A stretch of 64,000 bases of DNA, taken from the sequence record OM386662.1; one strand, 5' to 3'. The DNA is from Escherichia phage vB_EcoM_ESCO47. The notes under the pieces are model-generated. The model was not told where the DNA came from, searched no databases, and worked only from the letters and a program-made list of their open reading frames with translations. Within the stretch, counting starts at the first letter, position 1; every line of letters starts with the position of its first letter. The position numbers and the translations under genes are program-made. Of this stretch, positions 31,481 through 42,195 are shown piece after piece.

Positions 31481-33568
31481 ATGTCTGAACAATTAAATGA
31501 AGTGTTTGAATCCGAAGGCAGTCTTCCTGTCGTCAATTTGAACCCTAAAGCTAAAGTTCCACAAGTCTGGAAAATTGGTGATGTTGATACAAATATTGTA
31601 GTTCGTTTATTCTCTTACCTTTCCGAAGGCGACGCTGTAAAACAAGTTAAACTTGGGGACAAATACGCTCATGTTGTTATTATGAGTCTGTCTGAAAAGG
31701 GTAATCTTGCTGAATTGAAAAATGGCCTTGGTCCTGCTCCTATTGATGCAATCAACACCATTTTCAATACAGTATATGAACAGGTTAAAGCTCTTCGTAT
31801 GGATGCAGTTCTGTTCCGATTCCCTACCAAGAAATTGAAAGGACGTGGACAGCAGCTTCAAACTCTTCTTGCTCGTTTAGTTTCTACTAAAACCGGCGGT
31901 CGTTTTAAAGTATTGTCTGCAATGTATCAATTCACAGGTAAACACACCTATGTGATGATGGTTCGTAAAAATGCCAACATTGAAGATATTAAAGGCATCC
32001 CTAACATTAACACAGAGTTGTACACGAAAGTAGATTCTGATGTTGGTGAAGTTTATGTGAGTAAAAAGACTGGCGAAAAGGTCACCAAAGAAACGGCTAT
32101 CGCCGGTTCTATTGCTGCTGTAGAAGAAAAACGTAAAGATAAGCCTGTTATTGCTCGTACTAAAATTTCTCGTCGTGCTATTGCAGCAAGTCAATCTTTA
32201 GAAGCCGACCGACAAGAAGGTGAGTTATTCCAGAAATACGAAAATTCTGCTAAAGAAGTTAGTGGCCCAGCTACAGCCGAATTACTTCCTGAAGCATATG
32301 AAATCGTACTAGCCCAAGCATCGTCCACAGCAAAAGGCACTTTAGTTGCTGATATCGAAAATAAGATTTATAATCGTATTGATGAATCCTTTAAATTTGC
32401 TGATGAAGTTTCTTATGGTAGTGTTATTAAGCCGTCTTTAGAAAAGTTTGCTAAGAAAATTAAAACCGAAAAAACAACATCTGTTAAAGCATTAGCTGCT
32501 TTTGTTGAAGCTGCAAACGAAATTGCAGACTCTATTAAAGACGAATGGTTTGAAGATTTTAGACGAGATAATTTCCAACTGGCTGACGACGTTTTAGCTG
32601 AAGTATCTGAAAGAACTTGGAAACAACGTAAATCAGCATTCTTGTCTAATGTGATGTATACTTATGCACGAGAATCGGCTAGAGGTACCTTTAATATAAC
32701 AATGAATCGGGACCCTAAACAATACTCTGTTGCTGAAAAACGAGCTATTCGTGAATATGCCTCTTCTGCGTATACTGATATCAATAATATGTTGTTAGGT
32801 CGTTATAAACCAGATTTTTACGATGTTGCAGATGAAGATGAAGTTAAACGCGCTATTGATGGTCTTGATTCGGCGTTTTTAAATGGAGACCGTTTACCTG
32901 AAGGGCTAACGTTATATAGAGCTCAGTCTATCAGAATGCCTATTTACGAAGCGATGGTTAAAAATAAGGTATTCTACTTCAGAAACTATGTTTCCACTTC
33001 ACTAGCTCCTATTATTTTCGGCGGGTTTAAAGAGAACGTTGCCATTGGACTTGCTCCTGAAGAAGTTCGCAAAGATCTTAACATTGACAATAATGACGAA
33101 GGTGTTACTATTTCTCCTAGTCTAGTAAGAACAGCTATGCATGCGCCAGAACAAATCCGTGTTAACGTTGGATGGGCTATTGATGGCGCCCATAAAGTTA
33201 ACGTGATTTATCCAGGACAGTTGAGTAATCACCCTAATGAGCAAGAAATTATTTTGCCTAGAGGCATTCTCTTGCAGATAAATAAAATTACAGATGCGTC
33301 ATCTGACACTGGTGCAGGTTTAGAATCCAACCTTAAATTTATTCAAGCTGAAGTCATGTCCTCAGACCAGTTGGACGAAGCTGTCATTTACGATGGTGAC
33401 GTTCTCATGGAAACAGGCGAGGTGGTTGCTATGACGGGTGAAATCGAATCAGATGAGCCGGTATCGTTCTCCTCATTTGTAGAAAAAACTAGTGCACCTA
33501 AAGGTTTGAAATTGCTGGCATCTTTAATGGATTTAGAATCAGTTCCATTTAAATTTGTCCAAGGATAG
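31481..33568 (+). CDS. alt: Alt-like ADP-ribosyltransferase (head-packaged)
   Basis: 695-aa ORF at the T4 alt position between ligase and gene 54; C-terminal region carries ART catalytic triad motifs LYRAQ ... YVSTSL ... EQEIILP. Confidence 0.75.
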   Translation: MSEQLNEVFESEGSLPVVNLNPKAKVPQVWKIGDVDTNIVVRLFSYLSEGDAVKQVKLGDKYAHVVIMSLSEKGNLAELKNGLGPAPIDAINTIFNTVYEQVKALRMDAVLFRFPTKKLKGRGQQLQTLLARLVSTKTGGRFKVLSAMYQFTGKHTYVMMVRKNANIEDIKGIPNINTELYTKVDSDVGEVYVSKKTGEKVTKETAIAGSIAAVEEKRKDKPVIARTKISRRAIAASQSLEADRQEGELFQKYENSAKEVSGPATAELLPEAYEIVLAQASSTAKGTLVADIENKIYNRIDESFKFADEVSYGSVIKPSLEKFAKKIKTEKTTSVKALAAFVEAANEIADSIKDEWFEDFRRDNFQLADDVLAEVSERTWKQRKSAFLSNVMYTYARESARGTFNITMNRDPKQYSVAEKRAIREYASSAYTDINNMLLGRYKPDFYDVADEDEVKRAIDGLDSAFLNGDRLPEGLTLYRAQSIRMPIYEAMVKNKVFYFRNYVSTSLAPIIFGGFKENVAIGLAPEEVRKDLNIDNNDEGVTISPSLVRTAMHAPEQIRVNVGWAIDGAHKVNVIYPGQLSNHPNEQEIILPRGILLQINKITDASSDTGAGLESNLKFIQAEVMSSDQLDEAVIYDGDVLMETGEVVAMTGEIESDEPVSFSSFVEKTSAPKGLKLLASLMDLESVPFKFVQG

Positions 33569-33597
33569 TTTACAAACACATGGATGTGTGATACTAT
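33568..33597 (+). promoter_or_regulatory. Early promoter (GTTTAC-N18-TACTAT) overlapping the alt stop
   Basis: gtttacaaacacatggatgtgtgatactat. Confidence 0.6.
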
Positions 33598-33626
33598 CAT
33601 CCCATCAACAACATGAGGAAACCGTT

Positions 33627-33920
33627 ATGAAATCTATGCTTCGCTTTAATGGTCAAGAACTAGTAGTTGAAGATGCTATCCCAGCGGATGATGTTTTTAA
33701 CGAAGCTGTTATTGACGAATTGAATCGAGTATTCCCAGGTGCATTCCATATTGCTATGGAACCTCTTAAAAACTTTCGTGACCCTGAGCACACTGATCAA
33801 ATTTTTATCGGTGTAGTGGCAGGTCATTTAGAAACAGAGGTACCAATGGTCGTATTAGTTAAATACTCTAAAGATGATACTCCATTCCGAGCACCAGCAT
33901 TCCTTTCATTCCGTAAATAA
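33627..33920 (+). CDS. Hypothetical protein
   Basis: ATG at 33627 after early promoter 33568..33597 and SD GAGGAAA; 97 aa. Confidence 0.5.
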   Translation: MKSMLRFNGQELVVEDAIPADDVFNEAVIDELNRVFPGAFHIAMEPLKNFRDPEHTDQIFIGVVAGHLETEVPMVVLVKYSKDDTPFRAPAFLSFRK

Positions 33921-33929
33921 ACCCCTAAA

Positions 33930-33952
33930 GGGAGACGTTGTCTCCCTTTTTT
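33930..33952 (+). terminator. Rho-independent terminator at the plus/minus strand convergence before gene 54
   Basis: GGGAGAC-GUU-GUCUCCC followed by UUUUUU. Confidence 0.6.
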
Positions 33953-33953
33953 C

Positions 33954-34916
33954 TTATAGTCCTAAAACTCTTGATGTAGAATTCACCACACCTGTCAATG
34001 TGTTTATATTAGACACACCTCCAGCAGTCCCACCTAATCTAGAAAGTCTTGATACTGCACTTCCTAGACCAGAATCATTCTGATTATTTCCAAACATTCC
34101 TGAAACACTACTAATAAGTCCTGATTCCAGCCATTCTAAAGCAGCCTGTCTATTTACAGCACCTGATTGCATAACGCGATAAGCAAATGTTACATCAAAA
34201 ACTGTTATCTGATTATCACCATCATACGTTAACTCAGGAGAAGAGACACTAACAGGAATACATCCGGTGAACATGACAGCGGTATGTGGTAAACCATTTC
34301 GTGCATGTAAATTAACCTGAATATCTGCTTCGACGTCTTGTGGTAAAGCACGAAGACCTGTTACAGGGTCTTGGACTGAGTTTACCCAGTCTTGCATTGC
34401 TCTAAAGTTAGATGCTTCGGAATCCATTCTAAAGCTTATTACTAATGGGTCCATTTCTCGGCCTGTAATTCGGATGTTCGGGGAGTTATAGTTGAAATCC
34501 GTTTCATAAGATAATCGGTTCTCAGGCATTTTTACAGAATAAATCATTAAACCTGTATTATTATATGCCATATTGAAGAAGTCTATCAGATAAGCTCCTA
34601 CTGTGAACTCACCTAACAAGCTTTGTACCGTACGTTGACTCATTGCTCCAATCAGATATTTACTTATACCTGATTTTCGAATTAATTTCTGTGTTCCCGC
34701 TGTAATCAGGGTTGTTATGCCCTGATTGATATCACCTTGAGTCAATCCTAGCCAATCGGAATCCAACCCTAAGTTATTATAAGCAAAACTACCAATTGAC
34801 GAAATTAGTGAAGACGATTTGGTTGATGGTGTAGTAGCAAATACACAACTAAACATATTGTTTCGTTGGAAATCTGCATTTATAGCTTGGTTATTAAATT
34901 CTTCTAAAGAGTACAT
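33954..34916 (-). CDS. 54: gp54 baseplate tail-tube initiator
   Basis: 320-aa ORF; same length as T4 gp54; synteny 54-48-29. Confidence 0.8.
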   Translation of the reverse strand: MYSLEEFNNQAINADFQRNNMFSCVFATTPSTKSSSLISSIGSFAYNNLGLDSDWLGLTQGDINQGITTLITAGTQKLIRKSGISKYLIGAMSQRTVQSLLGEFTVGAYLIDFFNMAYNNTGLMIYSVKMPENRLSYETDFNYNSPNIRITGREMDPLVISFRMDSEASNFRAMQDWVNSVQDPVTGLRALPQDVEADIQVNLHARNGLPHTAVMFTGCIPVSVSSPELTYDGDNQITVFDVTFAYRVMQSGAVNRQAALEWLESGLISSVSGMFGNNQNDSGLGSAVSRLSRLGGTAGGVSNINTLTGVVNSTSRVLGL

Positions 34917-36025
34917 TAGAAAGTCCCCGCATAAAGTGAAGAACGGTTTAATGTAATAATTTCTCGCATTGTTATCTCTAACGTAAATGTTGATGGTAAG
35001 TTAGGAGCAACAGCAAGACCATTAAATTGTCCATTTGGAGTTTTATCAAAACGTACGCTTTGAATTTGACATGGGCCAAATACGTCAGTTAATCCATCAA
35101 ATTTAGACGTATAACCAAAGTTTTTAACCATCCAAATTGTAGGGTTGCTTACAACTAATACATTTGTTAATGACGCAGTAATCTTTTCAAACAATGTCTT
35201 ATTTTTTACTGCATCGGCTGGCGTCATAGGCTCAATAAACGTTGAACGGTACCATTCGTCTAAATAACTTTTAATCTCTTGGGCGTATTGTGATTTACCT
35301 GTCTCACCATATGAGAAATAATTAAAATATTGGTAAATGTTTATAATAGCCATAAGGTCTTCAGTTGAACGTGGAGTTAAATCCCAGGTAAAGACTTTAG
35401 TACGGTTCTCAGCACCGCCATACATACTACGAGAAGTCGTATAAATCTGTTCGTTATTATCGGCCATAAGCCCTTGAGTAATAGAATCTAATGCACCAAA
35501 AACTGCAGTAGAAGCAATGTTACTTAAAACACCAGTAGCAGTACCTCCACCTTTAGTAATAAGGCTATCACCGATATCATTAAAACGATGTGAAGTTGTA
35601 TCAACATCAGATTTGGAACGCGGCAAAAGGATATTGGCAACAGGAGTTTTATTTATAGTAGATTTATTAGCTCCGGCAGGAAGCAGTCCGTTTGAGAATT
35701 TAGTCACCGCATCTTTCACGTTATCAGTTAAATCTGATATGATACCATTAGATGAAGTCCCAACGTATGCCGGACGTAAATTCCTGAGGGATCCTGAATC
35801 GCGTGCAGACATATTGTACGCGGTAAATAATAATCCATTCTTATAAAGGTCTGTTACCTGGAAGTCTCCTGTGGAGTCATTTCCGGCTGCTCTTCCTGTA
35901 GGAAATTGGGCAACATACGTTTTAGTAGTTGTTTCGGTTTTAGTGCTTTGCCCGGCACTTTCTGAGACTGGGATTGCTTTATTTAAATCCTTTGCATCTA
36001 CTACTATTTCTTTTACACTAATCAT
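34916..36025 (-). CDS. 48: gp48 baseplate tail-tube cap
   Basis: 369-aa ORF; size close to T4 gp48 (364 aa); synteny. Confidence 0.8.
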   Translation of the reverse strand: MISVKEIVVDAKDLNKAIPVSESAGQSTKTETTTKTYVAQFPTGRAAGNDSTGDFQVTDLYKNGLLFTAYNMSARDSGSLRNLRPAYVGTSSNGIISDLTDNVKDAVTKFSNGLLPAGANKSTINKTPVANILLPRSKSDVDTTSHRFNDIGDSLITKGGGTATGVLSNIASTAVFGALDSITQGLMADNNEQIYTTSRSMYGGAENRTKVFTWDLTPRSTEDLMAIINIYQYFNYFSYGETGKSQYAQEIKSYLDEWYRSTFIEPMTPADAVKNKTLFEKITASLTNVLVVSNPTIWMVKNFGYTSKFDGLTDVFGPCQIQSVRFDKTPNGQFNGLAVAPNLPSTFTLEITMREIITLNRSSLYAGTF

Positions 36026-36033
36026 AATAATCC

Positions 36034-37806
36034 TTAATTAACACCGGTGGCACGGAAAATTCCAGGAGCCGTTGTACTTGTTACAGGGGTCATATTCTGG
36101 ACTACGGTATTCTTTTTGACGACATTATTTGTGTTACTAATCGCCGCTACCGGTTGCTGTTGTTTAGATTCAGAAGCACGTCCTTTCTCTATTGACTGGA
36201 CTTGTTTTGCTTCCGGAGATTTAGACGAAGATTCAGGCTTAACTGTTGTCTGAGCCTTTTTGGCTTCAGCCATTTTATTATTTAGCTTTTCAAATCTAGC
36301 ATCTAATTCCTTTTTAACAACAGGAGTTTTATTAAGTTCAGGGTCTTTAATAAGTTTACTTAAATCAGCATAAGACTTCTCGACGTTTTTAGCATTTTCC
36401 GGATTAGACATATCGATTTTATCGATATAATCCTCAAATCTAACCAGTGCCGCACGAGTTTCATTAGCTTTTATATACGCTTCTTTACGCTCCTCTTCAG
36501 GTAACTCTTTTAATTTTGACGATTCCGCAGCACGCTCATCGCTTGTACTAAACTCTTCTTTATTGTCATTACCACGAACCCAGTTAGTAACGAATGTTTT
36601 GCCGCGTTGTAACATATCAAGACCTTTAGAAACGGTTCCTAATTCCCCGTCGTCACGCTTCATTTGATATTTAGCGACTTTCTCTTGGTCTTCTTTCTTT
36701 AATTTGTTCCCAGTAGTTTCTTGGAATCCCTCTAAAGCACGTCCTTCTATTTCGTCCGCGGTATCACCAAAACCTATAGCACGCAATATAGACGCGGAGA
36801 GTTTAGCCATTCCTAATTGAATTAGTTCACCTAAGTTCATTAACGCTGTTCCTACACCTTTGACAATAGCAACGGTTAAACCACCCCAGTCTCCAGCTTC
36901 CCACAATTGTTTTATCGAGTCAATAGAAGTAAATATATCACTTAAGAATTTACCCCATGTACCAGCTTCATCGGAGAATTTAGTAAAGTTTTCATCAAAT
37001 AAATCCCAGGCAGAAGTGAACTTGTCTGTCCAATATTTGAAATGGACTATCAATAAATCAATACCGATAACAATACCAAGAATAAGTGCGGCCATTTTTG
37101 CTGCTTCAATAGCAGCCGTTATAGTGTATTTGAAAAGCATCCCAGCAATTCTGTCTGAAATTGATATTGATTTACTAAACCCGGTTTGAACTGTTTTGGT
37201 GAGCATTGCAATTTTATCGCTCAATTTAAAGCTAATTCCGCCTTTAGAATCGGAAGTAGAATTAGCACTTTCTTGAACCGGGGCTGGGAAGAAATCTTCG
37301 TCTGGCTTATTATCAATCTTTTCAGGTGTAGGGAATGCTTTAAACAACTCATCAGAAGTTTCATTCTCAACCACTTTAACAGGTATTGCGTTCTCAATTA
37401 CTTCAAGAGAGGTGCCTCCTGTATTTTGAATAGCGGTAGATGTTTGTAATTTTTGCTCTAATAATGTAGCTAATCGGTCTAACTTAGAGCTTATTGCACT
37501 AGAAACTTCGTTTATACTTTTAGTGACTTCAGTTTGGTTTTCAATAACTTCTGCGATAAGCTCTGTGCCTTCAGCAGTATTATCTGTCGAATTCTTTAAG
37601 TCTCCAATTGATTCAATAATTCCATTGCCTTTATCTTCTACACTTTGTGATGTGAGTTCAGACGCGGCTTGGACATCGTCTAGTTTTGATGAAATGTTAT
37701 TCAATGCTTCTAATGAATCGGTAGCTGCTGTTGCAGCTACTTTTTGTGGTTTATTATCGGCAATGACCTTATTTCTACGCATGGATTTCATTTCTTCAGG
37801 TTTCAT
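36034..37806 (-). CDS. 29: gp29 tail length tape-measure / baseplate hub protein
   Basis: 590-aa ORF, same length as T4 gp29; extended alpha-helical, Ala/Lys/Glu-rich. Confidence 0.85.
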   Translation of the reverse strand: MKPEEMKSMRRNKVIADNKPQKVAATAATDSLEALNNISSKLDDVQAASELTSQSVEDKGNGIIESIGDLKNSTDNTAEGTELIAEVIENQTEVTKSINEVSSAISSKLDRLATLLEQKLQTSTAIQNTGGTSLEVIENAIPVKVVENETSDELFKAFPTPEKIDNKPDEDFFPAPVQESANSTSDSKGGISFKLSDKIAMLTKTVQTGFSKSISISDRIAGMLFKYTITAAIEAAKMAALILGIVIGIDLLIVHFKYWTDKFTSAWDLFDENFTKFSDEAGTWGKFLSDIFTSIDSIKQLWEAGDWGGLTVAIVKGVGTALMNLGELIQLGMAKLSASILRAIGFGDTADEIEGRALEGFQETTGNKLKKEDQEKVAKYQMKRDDGELGTVSKGLDMLQRGKTFVTNWVRGNDNKEEFSTSDERAAESSKLKELPEEERKEAYIKANETRAALVRFEDYIDKIDMSNPENAKNVEKSYADLSKLIKDPELNKTPVVKKELDARFEKLNNKMAEAKKAQTTVKPESSSKSPEAKQVQSIEKGRASESKQQQPVAAISNTNNVVKKNTVVQNMTPVTSTTAPGIFRATGVN

Positions 37807-38336
37807 TCAAGCAATCCAATAATTTCTGCTATACCCTTAATAGGACCATTAGGGCCTGGAATAGCAATAGTTGTCGAAAGGTCTTCTGCCCATTTGATTA
37901 CAAAAGCAGGCATCTCAAGGAAAGAAATTTCTTTCTCTTCGTCATTAACTTTTATTAAGCAATTTGATAGCATTTCACTGATTGTAGCGAATTGTTCAAA
38001 TTTGCCTGGGGGTCTAAAATAAAAAGTATTACCTTGAAATTGGAATTCTGTTCGTTGGCATACATAGACGTCATCTAGTTTATAAGTGAATCCATCTTTT
38101 TCAACTTCAGACTTAAGTTTGTTATTAAATTCCAATATGTGTAGACATGCAAAATCAAAATCTGCTGGACTCATATTTTTACAAATAGAATCAGCTAAGA
38201 TTTTCATGTTTTCGTCAGGACCTTTAACGTCCTTTAAAAGATTATAATGTTTGAGCCCTAATTTGGGAATCATTACCTTTTTATTAGACTGTGGTAGAAT
38301 TATTTTCTTTAGAGGTAGAATCAGATTTAAGTTCAT
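37803..38336 (-). CDS. 28: gp28 baseplate hub distal subunit
   Basis: 177-aa ORF, same length as T4 gp28; overlaps 3' end of gene 27. Confidence 0.8.
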   Translation of the reverse strand: MNLNLILPLKKIILPQSNKKVMIPKLGLKHYNLLKDVKGPDENMKILADSICKNMSPADFDFACLHILEFNNKLKSEVEKDGFTYKLDDVYVCQRTEFQFQGNTFYFRPPGKFEQFATISEMLSNCLIKVNDEEKEISFLEMPAFVIKWAEDLSTTIAIPGPNGPIKGIAEIIGLLE

Positions 38337-39456
38337 TTTTAACCTTAACTGGGTTAACAGGTTCTAACACCATTGAGTTGGTAAACATGTACAGATGAGT
38401 TTGTGAGTTGTTATTTGATAACTCATGAATAACTTCATCGACGTAAAATTCGGATTTGAATTGGTTCTTTTGGTCAACAAATATAATTTTAGTAGCAGGC
38501 GTTATGTTAAAATTACCTGTAGTAGTGCATTTAGCATATCCGTCATATTGAGCCATTGTCTGAAGACGACTTGCTTCTTCAAATCCATTACGATAGGTCA
38601 TTTCGGAATATCCACCGGATCTTGACACAACAATAGCATTATCACCATCGCCTGTAACAATAACCGGAATAGATGTATCTAAAAATGAATGAGCGAATAT
38701 CGTGGCGTTTTTAATAGGGTCTCTTGTAAATTGGTTAGCTTTAGTCATCCAGGTGAAATCCCATACTAATGGATACTCAAGCTCTTGAATATACTGACCT
38801 ACGGTATTTGGCTCGCCTACAATCATCTTAATGCCTTCCTGGCCAATAAGAGTATCGTAGTCAATCATGTTTACGCCTAAAATATCTTGCCATACGAATA
38901 CGAACTTATCACTCGCTGTAGCAAGTCCTAATTCTCTGACATATGCCAAATAATCATCAAATGTGCTTGTCCAAGGAATATCAGGAACATAAGCATTAAT
39001 AGTGTTTATTGGCGGAGTAATTAACGTACGGTCTTTATATATTACACCTAACATTTCACGTATAGATTCTCCTGCGTCCGGGAAGAACGGTCGCCCAAAT
39101 TTAAGGTTCTCTATAGAATGTATTGTTCCAAGCTCAATTGCAATAATATTGTCACCTTTTGAGTCCACAGACACAGAATAATGTCTACATCCGTAAATTC
39201 GAGTTCTAACTTGGAGAGGTGTGTTTGAATTTGAAACAGAGATTTGGACTATCTGTCTACCATCCATTTTAGTGTGGAGGTTTTTAGTGTCATAAAATTG
39301 AAGAATCCCTTCATTTCTTCCATATAGTGAATCTCGCATGGTTAAAGTTGTTATTGTTGCTGCGAGTTCAACATATCTATTTTCTTGCCAAGCCGAATAA
39401 TCTTGGTATAATTTAACACTTAAGTTAGGATATCCTGGACGTTGGAATACTGTCAT
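38284..39456 (-). CDS. 27: gp27 baseplate hub subunit
   Basis: 390-aa ORF ...[11 protein letters not shown]...[18 protein letters not shown]...; matches T4 gp27. Confidence 0.9.
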   Translation of the reverse strand: MTVFQRPGYPNLSVKLYQDYSAWQENRYVELAATITTLTMRDSLYGRNEGILQFYDTKNLHTKMDGRQIVQISVSNSNTPLQVRTRIYGCRHYSVSVDSKGDNIIAIELGTIHSIENLKFGRPFFPDAGESIREMLGVIYKDRTLITPPINTINAYVPDIPWTSTFDDYLAYVRELGLATASDKFVFVWQDILGVNMIDYDTLIGQEGIKMIVGEPNTVGQYIQELEYPLVWDFTWMTKANQFTRDPIKNATIFAHSFLDTSIPVIVTGDGDNAIVVSRSGGYSEMTYRNGFEEASRLQTMAQYDGYAKCTTTGNFNITPATKIIFVDQKNQFKSEFYVDEVIHELSNNNSQTHLYMFTNSMVLEPVNPVKVKNELKSDSTSKENNSTTV

Positions 39457-40205
39457 TTTTTATGGTCCTTTTCTACTAATGTTAAAGCAATACCACGTTC
39501 AACAGGAATCATTTGCATAATAGAATCCAATGTGTATTGACTCTTTACTAGTGAATGGTTTATCTGATAGAATGTAAAAATCTCATCAGGGTTAACTAAC
39601 AATTTAAAAACCTCTAAGATGTCAGTATATGTTTTAACATGACGTTCACAACAACATAATCTAAGGGTCAAATTAATAGGGTTCATAGAAGCAATAACCT
39701 TCTCGAGTGAGTCAATGTCTATTGCTTCTATTACTTGGATTTGGTTCTCTTCAGTCAAATCATTCCATGGGTACCATTCATCATTATAATATATTTCTTT
39801 TATGTTTTCACTTATCATTAATGCCTTGTTGTCATAAAACTTTTCAGGGAAAGAAAAACGTATTTTTATACCAGCAACATCAAGTTCAGGTTCGACTAGT
39901 TCTTTTTGATATATCTCAAATGGTGCAGTTTTTTCTTTAGAGCATTTAGGGCAAGTGAAAATAACGGGAACTTTTGTTTTGCCTATAGAGCCTGCAAAAA
40001 CTTGCAGGAATATAAATGGTTGCCATGTTTTAGGGTATTCGTTAAAATAATCATCAATCAGATCGGCAATTATTTCTTTTTGTTCTTGCGGCGAACGATG
40101 TTCGATATCATTTCTAACTAGTAAAAAGTCTCTATAATCCGCCACAGTGAACGGCTTGAAACGATGAACACCATCCGGTAATTTACAACGAATTATATTA
40201 GCCAT
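39453..40205 (-). CDS. 51: gp51 baseplate hub assembly protein
   Basis: 250-aa ORF; size matches T4 gp51; late promoter TATAAATA 18 nt upstream. Confidence 0.8.
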   Translation of the reverse strand: MANIIRCKLPDGVHRFKPFTVADYRDFLLVRNDIEHRSPQEQKEIIADLIDDYFNEYPKTWQPFIFLQVFAGSIGKTKVPVIFTCPKCSKEKTAPFEIYQKELVEPELDVAGIKIRFSFPEKFYDNKALMISENIKEIYYNDEWYPWNDLTEENQIQVIEAIDIDSLEKVIASMNPINLTLRLCCCERHVKTYTDILEVFKLLVNPDEIFTFYQINHSLVKSQYTLDSIMQMIPVERGIALTLVEKDHKK

Positions 40206-40222
40206 AATTACTCCTTTTCTAT

Positions 40223-40230
40223 TATTTATA
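40223..40230 (-). promoter_or_regulatory. Late promoter TATAAATA for gene 51
   Basis: Plus-strand tatttata, 18 nt upstream of the gene 51 start, overlapping the gene 26 late promoter. Confidence 0.55.
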
Positions 40231-40234
40231 AATA
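40227..40234 (+). promoter_or_regulatory. Late promoter TATAAATA for gene 26
   Basis: tataaata 19 nt upstream of the gene 26 ATG. Confidence 0.55.
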
Positions 40235-40252
40235 CACAATAAAGGAGTTAAC

Positions 40253-40879
40253 ATGTACAAATATACGTTTACCGTACGTTTAGGCGATAAAGAAGTGAAT
40301 TGTAGAGCCTTTACTTTAAAAGAATATTTAGGACTTATAGGTGCGCGGGCTACCGGTACTATTGAATCAGCAGTGAACAATATTATCACTAATTGCTCTA
40401 ACGCTAAAAACTTGACTAAACAAGAAGCCGAGTTATTGTTGGTAAATTTGTGGGCACATTCGTTAGGTGAAGTGAATCAAGAACACACCTGGAATTGTTC
40501 CTGTGGGCATTCATTTCAAGTCTATATGAATTTATTGCACACTCAATTGGATGAACAGGCCGATCCCTGGTATTCGTTTAGTGGTATTAAAATTAAGTTC
40601 CGTCAACCTAAATTATTTGACGATAAAAATATCGCATTAATGATTGCTTCATGTATTGAGGCTGTTTTTGTCAATGGAGAGTCCATCCCTGTTGAAGATT
40701 TAACTGAAGCGGAAATAAACGACCTTTACGGCCTTATAACAGAAGATGACATGATCAATATTAAAAATCTTTTGGTATCGCCATCAATTTATCTGGCAAC
40801 CCCTATTAAATGTCCCAAATGTGGGGCGTCACACGTTCACACAATACGAGGCCTCAAAGAATTCTTTGAGTTACTATAA
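40253..40879 (+). CDS. 26: gp26 baseplate hub subunit
   Basis: 208-aa ORF, same length as T4 gp26; divergent from gene 51. Confidence 0.8.
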   Translation: MYKYTFTVRLGDKEVNCRAFTLKEYLGLIGARATGTIESAVNNIITNCSNAKNLTKQEAELLLVNLWAHSLGEVNQEHTWNCSCGHSFQVYMNLLHTQLDEQADPWYSFSGIKIKFRQPKLFDDKNIALMIASCIEAVFVNGESIPVEDLTEAEINDLYGLITEDDMINIKNLLVSPSIYLATPIKCPKCGASHVHTIRGLKEFFELL

Positions 40880-41277
40880 TGTCTAATATCAATAAACTTT
40901 ATTCAGATATCGACCCGGAAATGCGTATGGATTGGAACAAGGACGTTGCTCGTTCTTTAGGACTTCGTTCTATTAAAAATAGTCTTCTTGGCATAGTGAC
41001 AACTAGAAAAGGCTCGCGCCCCTTCGACCCTGAATTTGGATGCGATTTGGTCGACGAACTTTTCGAGAACATGACACCGCTTACAGCCGATACGATTGAG
41101 CGTAATATCCAGGCAGCAGTCCGTAACTATGAGCCGCGCATCGACAAACTTTCTGTAAGTGTAACGCCAGTATATGATGACTATACAGTTATAGTAGAGA
41201 TTAGATTTTCGGTCGTAGATAACCCTGATGATATCGAACAAATCAAACTTCAGTTAGCATCAAGCAATAGAGTGTAA
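40879..41277 (+). CDS. 25: gp25 baseplate wedge subunit
   Basis: 132-aa ORF, same length as T4 gp25. Confidence 0.85.
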   Translation: MSNINKLYSDIDPEMRMDWNKDVARSLGLRSIKNSLLGIVTTRKGSRPFDPEFGCDLVDELFENMTPLTADTIERNIQAAVRNYEPRIDKLSVSVTPVYDDYTVIVEIRFSVVDNPDDIEQIKLQLASSNRV

Positions 41278-41302
41278 TGCTTCAAGCAAAACTGTGTATA
41301 AT
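41276..41302 (+). promoter_or_regulatory. Middle promoter upstream of uvsY (MotA box aaTGCTTCA plus TATAAT)
   Basis: MotA box 41276-41284, 12-nt spacer, TGTGTATAAT ending 41302. Confidence 0.55.
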
Positions 41303-41357
41303 GGTTTTAGGTCCTTCCGATACAGCCGGGAGATTATTAGTTAAAAGAGAGAATATT

Positions 41358-41771
41358 ATGAAGCTGGAAGATTTACAGGAAGAGTTAGACGCAGACTTAG
41401 CTATTGATACGACAAAGTTGCAATATGAGACGGCGAATAATGTTAAGTTATACAGCAAATGGCTACGTAAGCACTCATTTATTCGTAAAGAAATGTTGCG
41501 TATAGAGACTCAGAAGAAAACTGCTCTAAAAGCAAGATTAGACTACTACTCGGGACGAGGTGACGGTGATGAATTCAGTATGGACCGATACGAGAAATCT
41601 GAAATGAAAACTGTCCTGGCTGCAGATAAAGATATTCTTAAGGTAGAGACATCTTTACAATACTGGGGAATTTTACTTGAGTTCTGTAGTGGTGCACTTG
41701 ACGCAGTTAAGTCTCGTAGTTTTGCACTTAAACATATCCAAGATATGAGAGCCTTTGAAGCGGGGCAATAA
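41358..41771 (+). CDS. uvsY: UvsY recombination mediator
   Basis: ATG at 41358 gives 137 aa MKLEDLQEELDADLAIDTTKLQYETANN..., matching T4 UvsY; MotA-box middle promoter at 41276..41302. Confidence 0.9.
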   Translation: MKLEDLQEELDADLAIDTTKLQYETANNVKLYSKWLRKHSFIRKEMLRIETQKKTALKARLDYYSGRGDGDEFSMDRYEKSEMKTVLAADKDILKVETSLQYWGILLEFCSGALDAVKSRSFALKHIQDMRAFEAGQ

Positions 41772-41995
41772 TGCGTTATTCAATTGAAGATGCCTTTAAT
41801 AATGATGAAGAATTTGAAACTGAAATTAAATTCTTAATGGAAAAGTATCGTCTACGTCGTCAGGATATTCGTATCCTGGCAGACCACCCTTGTGGCGAAG
41901 ACGTCCTTTATATTAAAGGGAAGTTTGCCGGGTACATCGACGAGTATTTTTATACAAAAGATATGGGTATCGATATGTGCATGCGAGTGGTATAA
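41771..41995 (+). CDS. Hypothetical protein (uvsY.-1 position)
   Basis: 74-aa ORF starting at the uvsY stop. Confidence 0.5.
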   Translation: MRYSIEDAFNNDEEFETEIKFLMEKYRLRRQDIRILADHPCGEDVLYIKGKFAGYIDEYFYTKDMGIDMCMRVV

Positions 41996-42027
41996 ATAGA
42001 TATGTAATTTCAACTTAGGAGGCAATC

Positions 42028-42195
42028 ATGTCAGATAAGATTTGTGTTGTCTGTAAAACTCCAATCGATTCTGCATTGGTTGTTGAAACAGACAAAGGTC
42101 CAGCACATCCTGGTCCTTGTTATAATTATGTCAAACAATTGCCGGTTTCAGAAAGTTCAGAAGAGCAATTGAACGAAACCCAACTTTTACTATAG
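42028..42195 (+). CDS. Hypothetical small Cys-containing protein (uvsY.-2 position; not in ORF track)
   Basis: 55-codon ORF read from sequence with strong SD AGGAGG 6 nt upstream; MSDKICVVCKTPIDS...GPCYNY (CxxC...C). Confidence 0.45.
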   Translation: MSDKICVVCKTPIDSALVVETDKGPAHPGPCYNYVKQLPVSESSEEQLNETQLLL

